NCBI RefSeq assembly: GCF_006345805.1 | Contig: NC_043000.1 | Span: 106,950,001-107,014,000 of the forward strand | Direction: 5' to 3' | DNA length: 64,000 bases | DNA from: Octopus sinensis | Lineage: Eukaryota | Part shown: one piece after another, positions 12,841-25,827 of the stretch | How the letters are laid out: each line of letters begins with the position of its first letter | How positions within the stretch are numbered: the first letter of the stretch is position 1 | Program-made: the position numbers and the translations under genes | The notes under the pieces: generated by a model | Database searches by the model: none | What the model saw: only the letters and a program-made list of their open reading frames with translations | What the model was told of the DNA's origin: nothing

Positions 12841-13399
12841 ACACAATTCAATTTTTAAACAATAACCAAAGCTCCTTCTCCCAAAGTGGGAGGGTTACAG
12901 TTTACAATTATTTAACAAATGCAACACAACAACGTTTCCCTTACGAGGAATCAACAAACGTGATAACAATAGTTAAACAGTAATAATAATAACAACAAAC
13001 TTTACGGAGAATCAAAAAGCAGTACGCAGTTGAAGCTATAGTCCTTTATGTATTAGAAATAAACCAACAGCAGTACTCAGTAGAAGCGGCTGTTCGAGAA
13101 AACAGACATTACATACAGCCAAACCTCATATAGATACTTAATGCTAGCTAATTAGCAGATAATCTAATGTAAAAGCCGTGGTAAACGGTATGTGCACAGC
13201 TCCATCTGGACTATTCCATTTCTGCACACTAATTTTATTTTTAATTTATTCCCATTCATGTGAAACCACTTATTCAAGTTCAAGTCATTGATGCAATTTT
13301 ATACCAATTGCTATTTTTACTTTTGTTATGTTACGATTATATTATACTTTAGTTTGATTTTAATTATTACTTACTACATATAATTCAATTATTATTATT

Positions 13400-13670
13400 A
13401 TTTTTATTGTTAAAGTGAAAGTACCTGACATAAAATAGAGAAATATTTTTGTTTCACTTTTAACACGTAATACTGAAATAGTGGAGAAGATATGATATTG
13501 CTATGGGCTCGCCCTAGGCAAGAAGTTGAACATTTTGTTTGCCCATGAAATTACATGGACCCTAAGTAAGGCATGTGTAAAATTTGAATGAAATTGGTTG
13601 TGTAGTTCTCAAGTTTTAGGGAAACACACAGACAGACAGACACACATTCTCAGTTTTATATATAGAGAGA
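13400..13670 (-). mobile_element. Helitron-like non-autonomous element, 5' part
   Basis: Revcomp A|TCtctctatatataaaactgagaatgtgtgtctgtctgtctg, the same 5' architecture as 5458; 3' limit not resolved. Confidence 0.55.
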
Positions 13671-14069
13671 TATCCATAATGCATACATACATAGACACCC
13701 CCATATATATATATATAAGTATTGATGTTATATGTACGTAAGTGTGTGTGTGTATTCAAAACTGAAATAGATGTAGTGCTACCGTAATAAGTATTATTAA
13801 TTACTTATACGTAACGTGTATGCTTTGTGCATTTACCATCAATGAAGATTACTGCATGGAGAAAAAGTTGGGTATTATAAATATTTTGAGTGACTTGAAA
13901 TAATTTCATGGATTTCTTCTGCTGTGGACGACAGGTAAGGGTTCTGCAGGTTCTTGCAGAACAACTAGTAAAGAGGGCTTGCTTACAGTGAGCAAATATT
14001 TGTGCATCGCATTAACGCATTTCCTCCTTCAAATGGTTATTGTCTGTACAGAAGCACCGTGTGCCATAC

Positions 14070-14192
14070 CTCAGATGGTGAAGTGATCGCAGAGCAACGT
14101 GAAGTGAAGCGTTTTGCTCAAAAACGTAACGAGAATCGAACCGACGATCTCGAGATCACGAATGAAACATCTTAACCAACAAGCCATGCACC
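14070..14192 (-). mobile_element. SINE family C, partial
   Basis: Revcomp ggtgcatggcttgttggttaag ... ggttcgattc ... tttgagcaaaacgcttcacttcacgttgctc. Confidence 0.6.
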
Positions 14193-14696
14193 CAGAACAT
14201 GGAATAACATCTATAACAAAATAGGAATGAAGATGTTTAAAAGTAAGTGGTGGGAAAACATTTCGGGGATAAACGAGAAACGGTGAATCCACTAAAGAAC
14301 TAATGTGGAGACATTCTTTTAGAGTATCTGAAAGATGAAGACATATAAAAGATAAACGAGAGACAGAAAAAAATTAAAACATTGATATAGTAGTAATGAT
14401 TCTAGAATTAATGAGTAATTACATAATACTACAGAGGGAATATGAATTGACTAAATAATTTTGTTTAAGAATATATTGTATATATTGCTCTAAAATAATT
14501 TGATGCAATCACCTCTAGAGAGCATACACACTTGTCTGGCAAATATACGTTTGCGATATTAGCTATATGTCTCGTTCAACTAGGATACATCACAATCGTT
14601 AATGTTCTTGAGTCTTATTGTATATCTATGTATCAATCAATCAATCTATCTATCTATTATTTGGTATGTGCATGAGTGTAAGCGTCTATGCATAAG

Positions 14697-14773
<77 letters not shown>

Positions 14774-14775
14774 GT

Positions 14776-14905
14776 AGGGAGAATTCATACAAAAACAAAA
14801 TACGAAGACAGGTGGTGTAGACAACAAACAGATGTATTAGTATAACGCTTGGGAAGTGAAAAAGTCTTTAACGTTTCGAGCCTACGCTCTTCCACAGAAA
14901 GGAAT
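14776..14905 (-). mobile_element. Penelope-like terminal-repeat fragment with hammerhead-like motif
   Basis: Matches the terminal segment of the GIY-YIG-linked copy at 41056; abuts (TA)n. Confidence 0.7.
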
Positions 14906-15034
14906 ACATACATGTATGCGTGTATCTATCTATTTATAATTCATATATATATGTCTCTATCTATCTTCCCCCTCTGTCTCTCTCTTTCTCTCTTTCTGTG
15001 TGTGCATATATATATATGTGTGTGTGTGTTTATA

Positions 15035-15245
15035 TTTTACTTGCTTCCGTCAGACTGCGCCCATGCTGGAGAACGCCTTGAAGAAATTTTAGTCGAATGA
15101 ATCGATCACAGTACTTACTTTCGCTTTTTAAAGCCTGATACTTATTCTATCGATTCCTCGTACCGAACAGGTAAGTCAAGAAAAGCGTAAACAAACCAAT
15201 ACCCGTTATCAAGTGGTGGTGATGGTGGTGGAAGTCAAACACATG
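15035..15245 (-). mobile_element. SINE family A tail, decayed
   Basis: ttttacttg ... ccatgctggag ... tacttattctatcg ... gtcaaacac. Confidence 0.6.
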
Positions 15246-15265
15246 CTCAAACACACACACTCGTG

Positions 15266-15296
<31 letters not shown>

Positions 15297-15309
15297 TGTG
15301 TGTGTGTTT

Positions 15310-15620
15310 GTATGATGATGACGGCCGTGTACTCGTGACCGAGGAAGACCATTGATGACCTTTAGGAACATTGTGCGCTCTAGGACTAACTTATATTTTG
15401 AATTTGCGGCTCCGTTGATGGCTAATGGACCCTGCTCTTGACAAGCATAAACGACTGCAAACATTGCAAACTAAGCTTTCCCCATTCATTACATGCAGTA
15501 TACGTGCTATCTCAAAGATGTCGACCCCCTCCTTAACCTGCTCCCTCCATGTGTGGCGATGACAGGCATTATTTTCGAGTTCAAGCGGACCGTATGCATC
15601 ACACACATTGCATTCCGGTG
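15310..15620 (-). mobile_element. RTE-clade LINE 3' coding fragment
   Basis: RHTWREQVKEGVDIFE...CNVCSRLCLSRAGSISHQRS, the C-terminal Cys/His motif typical of RTE ORFs. Confidence 0.75.
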
Positions 15621-16929
15621 TTGCTCAACCACTGAGAAAAATAGGGAAATTGTAGCAAAACCCTTACGAACTTTACGGCTTATGGAATGAATATTAGGCA
15701 TGAAAATATACAAATAACGATAAGCAACTTTGCATAAATTTGGTTGAATAAAGAGAAAAATGTTAAAGGCAAAAAAAGCTCGAACGGTTTTAGTCATTGC
15801 TTCACGTCTTTACCACACTTGAACGAATATAGGTTCTTACTGTGCTTAATCCTTGGGGAAATTTTATTGACTTTAAACCCGAGATTGCTCCTTTGGCATT
15901 CCTGGGTCGTTTCCCACCAAGAAAATCTACATGGACAAATTATTTTTGCTAGCAATGCATGAAGTGATCCCAATTATGCCAGAACATGGTTCATTAGTCG
16001 CTTTTCTATTGAAAAATAGGACTTTGTGCAAAGAAATGGTAACGCAATATTTCAATGACATTGTTTAATCATTGAATACTGAAAACGTTCCCATTCACAC
16101 TTTAGTTGTGGCACAAAGGCCATTATTGACAGAAAATGCGCCAATAATTGCTCAAAAAGCATGTTTGTTTGTCATTTCCGTTGACAAGTAGGATTTTTTG
16201 TGCATCACAAATACACCCATAATACTCCTCATACATTGTTGCAATTGTTGACACCAAAACATTAAAATTGGCAACGTAGATTAGAAGCAAATCCAAATAT
16301 TACCAGAAAATGATCTAAAAATTGTGCGACCCGACCTCGTTTTCGAGAGTATTTTTGTAGTAAACTAGAGTTGTCGTGTAAAAAAATACTTCATTTGGTA
16401 GCTAAAATATTACTGAATCTTTTGATATCTCATTCGTCAAAATCGGCTTCTCAGTTTTCGAATCCATAAGGACCACACACACAAACTCTGTTCTATATAT
16501 ATATATATATATATATAAATTAAAACAGTTTTATTCGGCTCCATACGACTTATTGTTTCACAGGCTTCTAACGGAAACCTATCTCAAATTATCGCTAATC
16601 TGCGCCTGAACGAGATAGCTTTCTCGTAGAAACTCGCGAAAATTTGAGTTGCATGGAGCCGATTCAAACTGTTTTAAAGAATGTATGTAACTCTACTAAA
16701 TGTGTTGTGTTCCTTTTTCTTTCGTGTATTTATTCACTCTTATATATATATTAAACACTCACCAGGTGAAGTACTTTTTTGATGATAGATACATGCATAC
16801 ATGCATACATACATACACACATACATACATACATACATACATGCATACATAAGCATACACACATACATACATACATACATACATACATACATACATACAT
16901 ACATACTACATACATACATACATACTACA

Positions 16930-17110
16930 TAGACGTCCTTTACTTGGACTTTTTCTTTCTCTCCAGACCCTTCTGCCCTTTTCTGCCGAAGAGCCATGCT
17001 CGAAACATTATGTACCCACTCTTCTTTTCATCTTATACTGACCGTCAACCTAATAAATTTCATGCGTACGTCCTTTTGATCTTAGTTGTTTCGTTACTTT
17101 TAATTTGCGA
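16930..17110 (+). mobile_element. Divergent Penelope-like terminal fragment
   Basis: ctgccgaa-gagc-cat-gctc-gaaac motif related to the other copies; stem I not recoverable. Confidence 0.45.
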
Positions 17111-17279
17111 TTTGTATTTTTCTATTTGTTTGTAAGACTCTTGATGTGAAAACCTTTGTTGAAATGTATGGTATTGTATCTTAGAAGGGTAATAAGAAAT
17201 AGGCACTACTTCTATTTCGCATCTTTTTATTAACATTAACTAGCTAATCAGTGAACCAAACCAACTGATCATTATATTC

Positions 17280-17306
17280 ATGCGTATCCAAACAATATAT
17301 GCATAT

Positions 17307-17354
<48 letters not shown>

Positions 17355-17371
17355 TATACATACATATATAA

Positions 17372-17467
<96 letters not shown>

Positions 17468-17484
17468 ATATATATAATATATAT

Positions 17485-17563
<79 letters not shown>

Positions 17564-17570
17564 ATATATG
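17280..17570. repeat. Long (TA)n microsatellite
   Basis: Direct inspection. Confidence 0.95.
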
Positions 17571-17575
17571 GTGAA

Positions 17576-17903
17576 GGTGCATGGCTCAGTGGTTAGAGTG
17601 TCAAGCTTACGATCGTGAGGTTGTAAGCTCGAATCCCGGACCGGGCTGCGGTGTTGTTCTTGAGCAAAGCACTTTATTTCACGTTGCTCCAGTTCACTCA
17701 GCTGTAGAAATGAGTTGCGACGTCACAGGTACCAAGCTGTATCGACCTTTGTCTTTCCCTTGGATAACACTGGTGGCGTGGAGAGGGGAGGCTGGTATGC
17801 ATGGGCGACTGCTGGTCTTCCATAAACAACCTTGCCCAGACTTGTGTCTAGGAGGGTAACTTTCTAGGTGCAATCCCATGGTCATTCATGACCGAAGGGG
17901 GTC
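17576..17903 (+). mobile_element. tRNA-headed SINE, working family C (CORE/Meta-like centre)
   Basis: ggtgcatggctcagtggttagag ... gctcgaatccc ... cttgagcaaagcactttatttcacgttgctccagttcactcagctgtagaaatg; second copy at 20431. Confidence 0.85.
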
Positions 17904-18004
17904 AAAGAGATATAATAATATAGAGTAAAATCAGTAATAATTTTACCAGGTAGCCAGTACGTAAAAAATATTTTAGATAAGTTTCACAAATTATTCTATA
18001 ATTA

Positions 18005-19425
18005 TCATACTATAATGTGCGTAATGTCCGTCCGTCCGCCCGTCTTTCTGTACTCACATCACGGCCAAACGGTTGGGCTGTTCGGCATGAAACTTTGTAG
18101 GGGTGTTCGGTGGAGACTGTAGGGTGGTTCATGTATAGGTTTAGTCCCTCGCCCACCTCCTACTTTCAGGGAAATTCCATCAATTGACGTAAGCTTGGCA
18201 CCCACAGATAACTTTGGAAGAAGGGACAGGGTGGCCTATACCCTCTTAAAGGAACATGCTTGACCTCCTCCTTCTACCCCTGCCCCTGTATCTGTCTCAC
18301 CAGCACCCACTAACCGAGTAATATCATCGAGACAAATTTGGCACCCGGAGGTAAGATTTATAAGAGGAATAGAAAGGCCTACCTTCTCCCGCAGAGATCA
18401 GTCCGATCTCCTCTTCCTTCCCTTGTCCCACCCAACCCAACCCCTTCTCCCTCTATTGGGTAATATTGTCGAATGAAGTAACTTTGGCAACCTGGGTTTC
18501 CTACACCGAGTGTGAGAGTCAGATCTCTCCTTTAGAACACAAGAACAGTTTCGAAACATTGCTTACAAAATAATAGCTGATCATTTGCGAAGGAGCGTGT
18601 CCACAGTCAACACTTAAGATTCTTGCTCTGGTGACGTTTCCTACTATGTATCATACTACGATGTATAAAACAGTGAATGACATGATATGCGGGCATTATA
18701 TTACACGTTAATTAAAATGTAGCAAAAGATTCTTTTATGTTGCTCTTTTATTATTTTATTCATGTCAGATCATGACACCAAAACGGAAGTCGTCAATTGA
18801 GAGAAAAACAAGAAATGCTGCTTCTACTAGTAGGACTCGGTCGGACGAAGCGTACAGACAAGCAGAAAAAGAAAGTGATACAGAAGCACAGAATGCAAAG
18901 CGCCAAAATATGAGAGACACTGAGCAACAAAGAAATACTTCAGCAGGTCGATCACGTACACTAAATCCGGCTGCCAGAGATGCAGAACAACAGAACAATA
19001 CCCCAGCACGTTGATCAAGGAGAAGTTCTGCAGTAGGGGCTATCGAACAAACCTATAACACTCGAGCACGAGTGTTATAAATGGATTTAATCCAACATTC
19101 AAAATACAAGGTAAGGGCCAGACTTTGGATCGCGTCGGTGTGTTTCTGCCCTCTCCCATGTTCACGCACGTCTAACTGTATGTCGCGATTCAGCTAATTT
19201 GAAACTTAGTTGTGGACAAACGGAGAATATTGTTTACAAAGAGGTTTTGTAAAGATAGCAACATGAATGAATTATATAAATGTTTACATATATATTGTTC
19301 AATAAGGTGCACTATGTAGTTTGGCACTATCAAGTATAAGAAATAAAAATAAGTACATTACAACTTAAATTGTCTCCATTTGCACCCTGCCCTTATCACC
19401 AATCGTAGATGGGTAAGTTTGCTAG
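18005..19425 (+). mobile_element. Internally deleted Helitron
   Basis: A|TCatactataat...(gtcc)n start; imperfect hairpin then CTAG|T end; acceptor-like ...gtcag|atcATG followed by MTPKRKSSIERKTRN...(18772-19014), a charged repeat N-terminus resembling Helitron Rep/Hel proteins. Confidence 0.75.
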
Positions 19426-19426
19426 T

Positions 19427-19611
19427 ATACATAATTATAACAAGAGGTCAGCTATGTGCCTCGCCACGTACTGAAGTACAAATAGACGCTATCTTTTTTA
19501 CTACCATAAACATCTCTGGAGATTTTTAGGATAGTAAAGAAGACATTAGCGTCTATTTCTAATACAGTACGTGGCGAGGCACATAGCTGACCCCTTGTTA
19601 TAATTATGTAT
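19427..19611. mobile_element. 185-bp fold-back MITE
   Basis: 47-bp outer arms with one mismatch; imperfect pairing continues to the centre atctc-tg-gagat. Confidence 0.85.
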
Positions 19612-19623
19612 CTAATTATTGGA

Positions 19624-19661
<38 letters not shown>

Positions 19662-19762
19662 TAAGAGAGTGGTCACTATGTGGCTCACTCTAGCAATTAA
19701 ATTAGTATCTAATTCTCTCACCCTTATTAATTAATTATATATATATATATATATACATATCA

Positions 19763-20175
19763 CTTTTACACTTTTACTTGTTTCAGTCATTTGACCGTGG
19801 CCATGCTGGAGCACAACCTTTTTAGTCGATCAAATCGACCCCAGGACTTATTCTTTGTAAGCCTAGTACTTATTCTATCGGTCTCTTGTGCCGAACCGCT
19901 AAGTTACGGGGACGTAAACACACCAGCATCGGTTGTCAAGCGATGTTGGGGGGACAAACACAAACATATATACACACACACACACATATATATATATACA
20001 TATATATATACGACGGGCTTCTTTCAGTTTCCGTCTACCAAATCCACTCACAAAAGCTTTGGTCGGCCCGAGGCTATAGTAGAAGACATTTGCCCAAGGT
20101 GCCCCGCAGTGGGACTGAACCCGGAACCATGTGGCTGGTAAGCAAGCTACTTACCACACAGCCACTCCTACGCCT
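19763..20175 (-). mobile_element. SINE family A, full length with internal microsatellite
   Basis: Head, internal (TA)/(TG) tract and tail ending ...gaaacaagtaaaag on the minus strand. Confidence 0.9.
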
Positions 20176-20430
20176 ATGTATATATATTGAACTAATGAAT
20201 AGTGTACTGATATGCTGAGTAAAACACTGGCATAGTTTTGGCTACCTCATGTCATCCGCAGTATGAATGCACCTGATGTGACCCAGACTGCAAGATTGAT
20301 GCAAAATAATATTATGCACAGCATCCCACCAATAAAGGACAGTTATAGGATGGGTGGAAACGATAGTTGTACAAAATAAAGGGTTATACCAATTCCACCT
20401 TCTGTTAAATTAATCGTTTATATATATGGG

Positions 20431-20755
20431 TAAAGAACCCCTTCGCTCATGAATGACAGTAGGATTGCACCTAGAAAGCTTCTTCTCACCCCCGTGACAC
20501 AAACCCGGGCAAAGTTGTTTATGGAAGACCGGCAGTCAACCTTGCATACCAGCTTAGCTTTGCCTTTCCACGTCACCGATGTTATCCAAGGGAAAGGCAA
20601 AGGCTAATACAGCTTGACACCAGTGACGTCGCGACTCATTACTACAGCTGAGTGAACTGTGTGTTACGCAATAACGCAACACACAGCCCTGTCCGGGAAT
20701 CGAATTCATTACCTCCTGATTATGAGCCCGGTGCTCTAACCACCGTGCGATACAC
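20431..20755 (-). mobile_element. SINE family C
   Basis: Reverse-complement match to 17576-17903. Confidence 0.75.
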
Positions 20756-20924
20756 ATAAATCCATAAAAATCCATAAATTTATATAAAGTACATAACTGT
20801 AAATACACATATATAAACACATGTATGTATGTATGTATGTATGTATATATACGCATGTATGTATTTATATACATATTAAATACACACATACGAAGAAATA
20901 CCGGCAGTGGTAGGAGTAACGGTA

Positions 20925-21121
20925 GTGAGGTACCGGTGGTGGCGGTGGTGGTGGTGGTGGTGGTGGTGGTGGTGGTTTTGGTTGTGGAGGTGGTGGTGGT
21001 GGTGGTGGTGGTGGTGGTGGTTTTGGTTGTGGAGGTGGTGGTGGTGGTTTTGGTTGTGGAGGTGGTGATGGTGGTGGTGGTGGTGGTTTTGGTTGTGGTG
21101 GTGGTGGTGGTGGTGGTGGTG

Positions 21122-21157
<36 letters not shown>

Positions 21158-21180
21158 GGGATGAGTGGTGGTGGTTATAG
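20925..21180. repeat. (GGT)n/(GTA)n compound microsatellite
   Basis: Direct inspection. Confidence 0.9.
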
Positions 21181-21480
21181 TGCCGGTAGTAATTACACTT
21201 CTATTAATGGTGGTGTTGTGGTGGAGGGTTGAATCCAGATTACACCTCAAGGGACAAAAGAAACTGGAAAGAGATAAACATTTCTGATTGTTAATTTGAT
21301 ACGGTTTACCAATTCCAGTTCTTCTTTTCATGTGTTGTACGTATGTATTTGTGTGTGAAATACAGGTACGTGATTGTGTAAGCGTGTGGGCATATATTTT
21401 TCTGCGTTACTTCTGCCATGTGTGTGTTCGTGTTCGTGCGTGTGTGTATGTGTATGTCTGCGTGGCATGCGTGTCTGTGT

Positions 21481-21735
21481 GTGTGTGTGGGAGGGAGGTG
21501 TGCGCGTGTATTGCGACTGTGTACAAGAGTGGATGACTATGTGACATTACACCTGCCCATATATATTACTACATATCATACAAAGGTTGCTTATACCTGT
21601 ATATATATATATATATATACAGGTATAAGCAACCTTTGTATAATATGTTAATATATATGGGAGGTGTAATGTCACATAGTCATCCACTCTTGTACACAGG
21701 CGCAATACACGCGCCACCCTCCCTCCCACACACAC
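21481..21735. repeat. Palindrome with about 120-bp arms centred on (TA)n
   Basis: 21481-21600 is the reverse complement of 21619-21735 with a few indels and mismatches. Confidence 0.92.
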
Positions 21736-21752
21736 ATATATATATATATTAT

Positions 21753-21788
<36 letters not shown>

Positions 21789-21806
21789 GTGTGTATGTGT
21801 GTGTGT

Positions 21807-21910
21807 GAGTATGATATATATATTTAAAAATAACGCCTGCGCATGCATGTGGGTGTGTTTATGTGCATATGCATAATTATATATACATATACATACATAC
21901 ATACATATGT

Positions 21911-21955
<45 letters not shown>

Positions 21956-22210
21956 TGTAATATATATATATATATATATATTATATACACACACCACACA
22001 CACACACACACACAGACACTTACATATGTATGTATGTATGTATGTTATGTATGTATGTATGTATTTATGTATGTGTGTGTGTATGTATGTATGTATGTAT
22101 GTATGTATGTATGTATGTATGTTTGTATGTATGTATGTATTTATGCATGTATGCACATAAACACACCCACATGAATGCGCAGGCGTTATTTTTAAATATA
22201 TATTATACTC
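21807..22210. repeat. Palindrome centred on (TA)n at about 21960-21987
   Basis: gagtat..tttaaaaataacgcctgcgcat..gtgggtgtgtttatgtgcat mirrored at 22150-22210; internal microsatellites also mirrored. Confidence 0.9.
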
Positions 22211-22217
22211 ACACACA

Positions 22218-22275
<58 letters not shown>

Positions 22276-22282
22276 ATATATA

Positions 22283-22439
22283 TAATACATCTGTTTGTTT
22301 TGTACATCACTTGTCTTCGTCTTTTGTTTTCTTCGAGAACTCTCCCTATATATATATATATATATATATAATATAGGGAGAGTTCTCGTAGAAAACAAAA
22401 GACGAAGACAAGTGATGTACAAAACAAACAGATGTATTA
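22283..22439. repeat. Palindrome with 64-bp arms (one mismatch) centred on (TA)n
   Basis: 22283-22346 versus 22376-22439; the arm is the end of a Penelope-like terminal repeat. Confidence 0.95.
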
Positions 22440-22580
22440 GTATAACGCTCAGGAATTGAAAAAAAGTCTTTTACGTTTCGAGCCTACGCTCTTTTACAGA
22501 AAGAGACACAGAAAAAAAACAAGGAGAGAAACAAGGAGAGAAAAAAGGAGAGAAAAAGGGAAAGAAAATAGGAGAGAAAA
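22376..22580 (-). mobile_element. Penelope-like terminal-repeat fragment with hammerhead-like motif
   Basis: Revcomp tcttt-ctgtaaaa-gagcgtaggctc-gaaacgt-a-aaaga. Confidence 0.75.
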
Positions 22581-22698
22581 AATGTATGTAGTGGTTACCG
22601 ATCTATCATACGTATATACACGTACATATATATATGTATATATATATATTATATATTATATATATATGGCCGCAGTCCATATATAGTTCATCTAGTAA

Positions 22699-22699
<1 letters not shown>

Positions 22700-22746
<47 letters not shown>

Positions 22747-22880
22747 ATTTATTATATATATATAAGTATATATATATATATATATGTATGTATTTATACA
22801 TATATACGTATACATATATATATATACTTATATATACATATATATATATATATACCTATATATATATTACACATATATAT

Positions 22881-22938
<58 letters not shown>

Positions 22939-22958
22939 CATATATATATATTACATAT

Positions 22959-22990
<32 letters not shown>

Positions 22991-23004
22991 ATATATATAT
23001 ATAT

Positions 23005-23078
<74 letters not shown>

Positions 23079-23080
23079 CG
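22700..23080. repeat. Long (TA)n-rich microsatellite
   Basis: Direct inspection. Confidence 0.95.
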
Positions 23081-23094
23081 CACACACACACAGA

Positions 23095-23250
23095 TATATG
23101 GACTGTTGGTTTTTCTTTCATCTTTCTTTTCTTTTGGACTTCCTATGACTCCTGTTTTCGAAGAAGAGCTTTGCTCGAAACGTAAAACAACCGCTATTTC
23201 TATCCTTCTCTGAGCGCCTTATTAATACCTTGCATGTACCACGTCCTCAC
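23095..23250 (+). mobile_element. Second-subfamily Penelope-like terminal fragment
   Basis: tgttt-tcgaagaa-gagc-ttt-gctc-gaaacgt-a-aaaca followed by tgagcgcc..taatac as in the main family. Confidence 0.6.
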
Positions 23251-23252
23251 GT

Positions 23253-23666
23253 TACTCTTTACTCTCTTTTACTCTTTTACTTGTTTCTGTCATTTGACTG
23301 CGGCCATGCTGGAGCACCACCTTTAGTCGGGCAAATCGACCTCAGGACTTATTCTTTGTAAGCCCAGTACTTATTCTATCGGTCTCTTTTGCCGAACCGC
23401 TAAGTAACGGGGACATAAACACACTAGCATCGGTTGTCAAGCAATGCTAGAGGGACAAACACAGACACACAAACACACACACATACATATATATACATAT
23501 ATACGACAGGCTTCTTTCAGTTTCCGTCTACCAAATCCACTCACAAGGCTTTGGTCGGCCCGAGGCTATAGCAGAAGACACTCGCCCAAGGTGCTACGCA
23601 GTGGGACTGAACCCGGAACCATGTGGGTGGTAGTCAAGCTACTTACCACACAGCCACTCCTGCGCC
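23253..23666 (-). mobile_element. SINE family A, full length
   Basis: High similarity to 19763-20175 and 62606-63035. Confidence 0.9.
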
Positions 23667-23734
23667 ATTGTTGATTTTTGTTGCTTTTTTTCTTCGATTT
23701 TTTAAATTAACTATATTATATATATGATACATAC

Positions 23735-23768
<34 letters not shown>

Positions 23769-23953
23769 CAAATACACACGTATATATGTAATTGTGCGTA
23801 TGTGTACACACCCACACTAGAGACGTCATAAAGAAAAATTGTGAGGTACATACAAAGTAATCGATATGGAGAGATACACAGCACACTGCTACATACACAC
23901 ATACACATATATACGTATATCTGGTTATGTGTGTGTACATGTGTGTATGTGTA

Positions 23954-24042
<89 letters not shown>

Positions 24043-24269
24043 ATATATATATATATATACACATATGTATTTAAGATATAAACGAACATACATCTTTTTT
24101 CACATCTCCTATGACACATACCAGTAGCTCCACCACCTTTCAAATCTACTTCTATTTTACGATATTAATGTACAGGTATCAAGGGAAATAACTGACATAG
24201 CCGTACTCATTAATTACATATCAACATATTAGATTACTTTAATGACCTTATTTGAATTTTTTAAACATC

Positions 24270-24273
24270 ACTA

Positions 24274-24340
<67 letters not shown>

Positions 24341-24344
24341 TGTA

Positions 24345-24400
<56 letters not shown>
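24270..24400. repeat. (AAT)n microsatellite
   Basis: Direct inspection. Confidence 0.95.
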
Positions 24401-24975
24401 TACATATCACAGTAACTTCTTATTAATTACAACGGACAATTTTTGGTTTTTGTAATTGTGTTAATTTTAATTTAACTTTCGCTAGATATATTTTCAATGA
24501 AATTCACATATATATTGTAATATATTTTCTTAATTTTTCTCTTTACGTTTTAATTAAGTAAAATGTTAATCATATTTGGATATGAGCAAAAACTGGCAGC
24601 GTAATTATGCATTTGTCTTCGAAATAACTTCTTTAAAATAATTCTTTCGTAGTTAGTTTTTTAAAAGCATTGAAAAGAAATGCACACGTGTATGTGTGTA
24701 TGTATGCATGTATATGCGTGCATACATGTAAATCTATATATGGGAATGTTAGTATAGAACAGTGATCAACACCATGTTTGTTGGGTAAAAATTCTTTGGT
24801 TTCATGTAGAAGAAATTTTTATAATTTTCAAGCGATCCACTTAAAAATCGTGGAAAGTCTTTCCCCATGAGACCTTTGATACCATTGTTAATCCACAAAG
24901 AAAAAGTATATATACACGTACGCATACATACATATATGAAATACAAACGTGCAAAAGTAGATGTTTACTTCATTT

Positions 24976-25050
24976 GTTGACAGCTGTTTCGTAATCATCC
25001 GTTGACAGCTGTTTCGTAATCATCCGTTAACAGCTGTTTCGTAATCATCC
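24976..25050. repeat. 25-bp tandem repeat, three copies
   Basis: gttgacagctgtttcgtaatcatcc x3 with one substitution, no spacers. Confidence 0.95.
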
Positions 25051-25827
25051 GTCACACACACGCACACATAGTAGACATACACATGTATGCATATATGTAT
25101 GTGTGTGTACAATAAATGAAAGATGCATTAAATGCTACAAAACGTAGACGTAGGACAGACACAGAAGGACTCTAATTATTCATCAGTTATCGACCAAAAT
25201 ACTAATACTCAGTTTCGTGCTTTTAACGATAAAACTGAGAAATGCGTATATCGGAGGCATCCAGAAAATTTGTGAAGAATTAGGGCTCGAACAAACAAGA
25301 CGATACAGGGTGGACGTACGAAAGTAAACAAATATAATTTGAAACGATGGACGAAGACGGATTAAATACAGCCTTTCACCCAGGCACGGGAGTGATGGGT
25401 AACAACTAAAAGAAATCCTCAATGGATATAGAAAATGAAATAGTAAAAGAGAAAATGTTGACCGGCAGGCTAAGTGTCCGGTGACGAAACGGTAGGGAGA
25501 TGAGAAAATTAGTCACGGATCACATGTGGGCAGTAGATAGAAGGGAAGGAAGATGAGAGAGGGGCGAAGAGGCAGCAGTTTTGCAATGTATTACCAAAAG
25601 GGAAACTATAATTGTCTGTATATATGACTGAAGCTATTAGAACACTTACAATACTAGAAATAAGTGCTAAAGCGCTCTCATGCTGCAGTCAACGCACATA
25701 ATTATATACATACATAATGACAGCGACCGTAAATGGTCGAAAGCGGAATTCCAGATATTCCTGTACTCTCGGACAGTTTCGGCTTTAACACCGGAGCCTC
25801 TTCAATAGGGTCGGCACAACTCTACTC

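Noticed and set aside
15620-16480. Possible DNA-transposon relic; similar stretches at 43500-44280, 49290-49980 and 63130-63420
   Set aside because: No paired TIRs, TSDs or recognisable protein motifs, so no call can be supported
25100-25820. Possible LINE ORF1 relic on the plus strand
   Set aside because: Only a DEDG word is shared with the 12.6-kb segment; too weak
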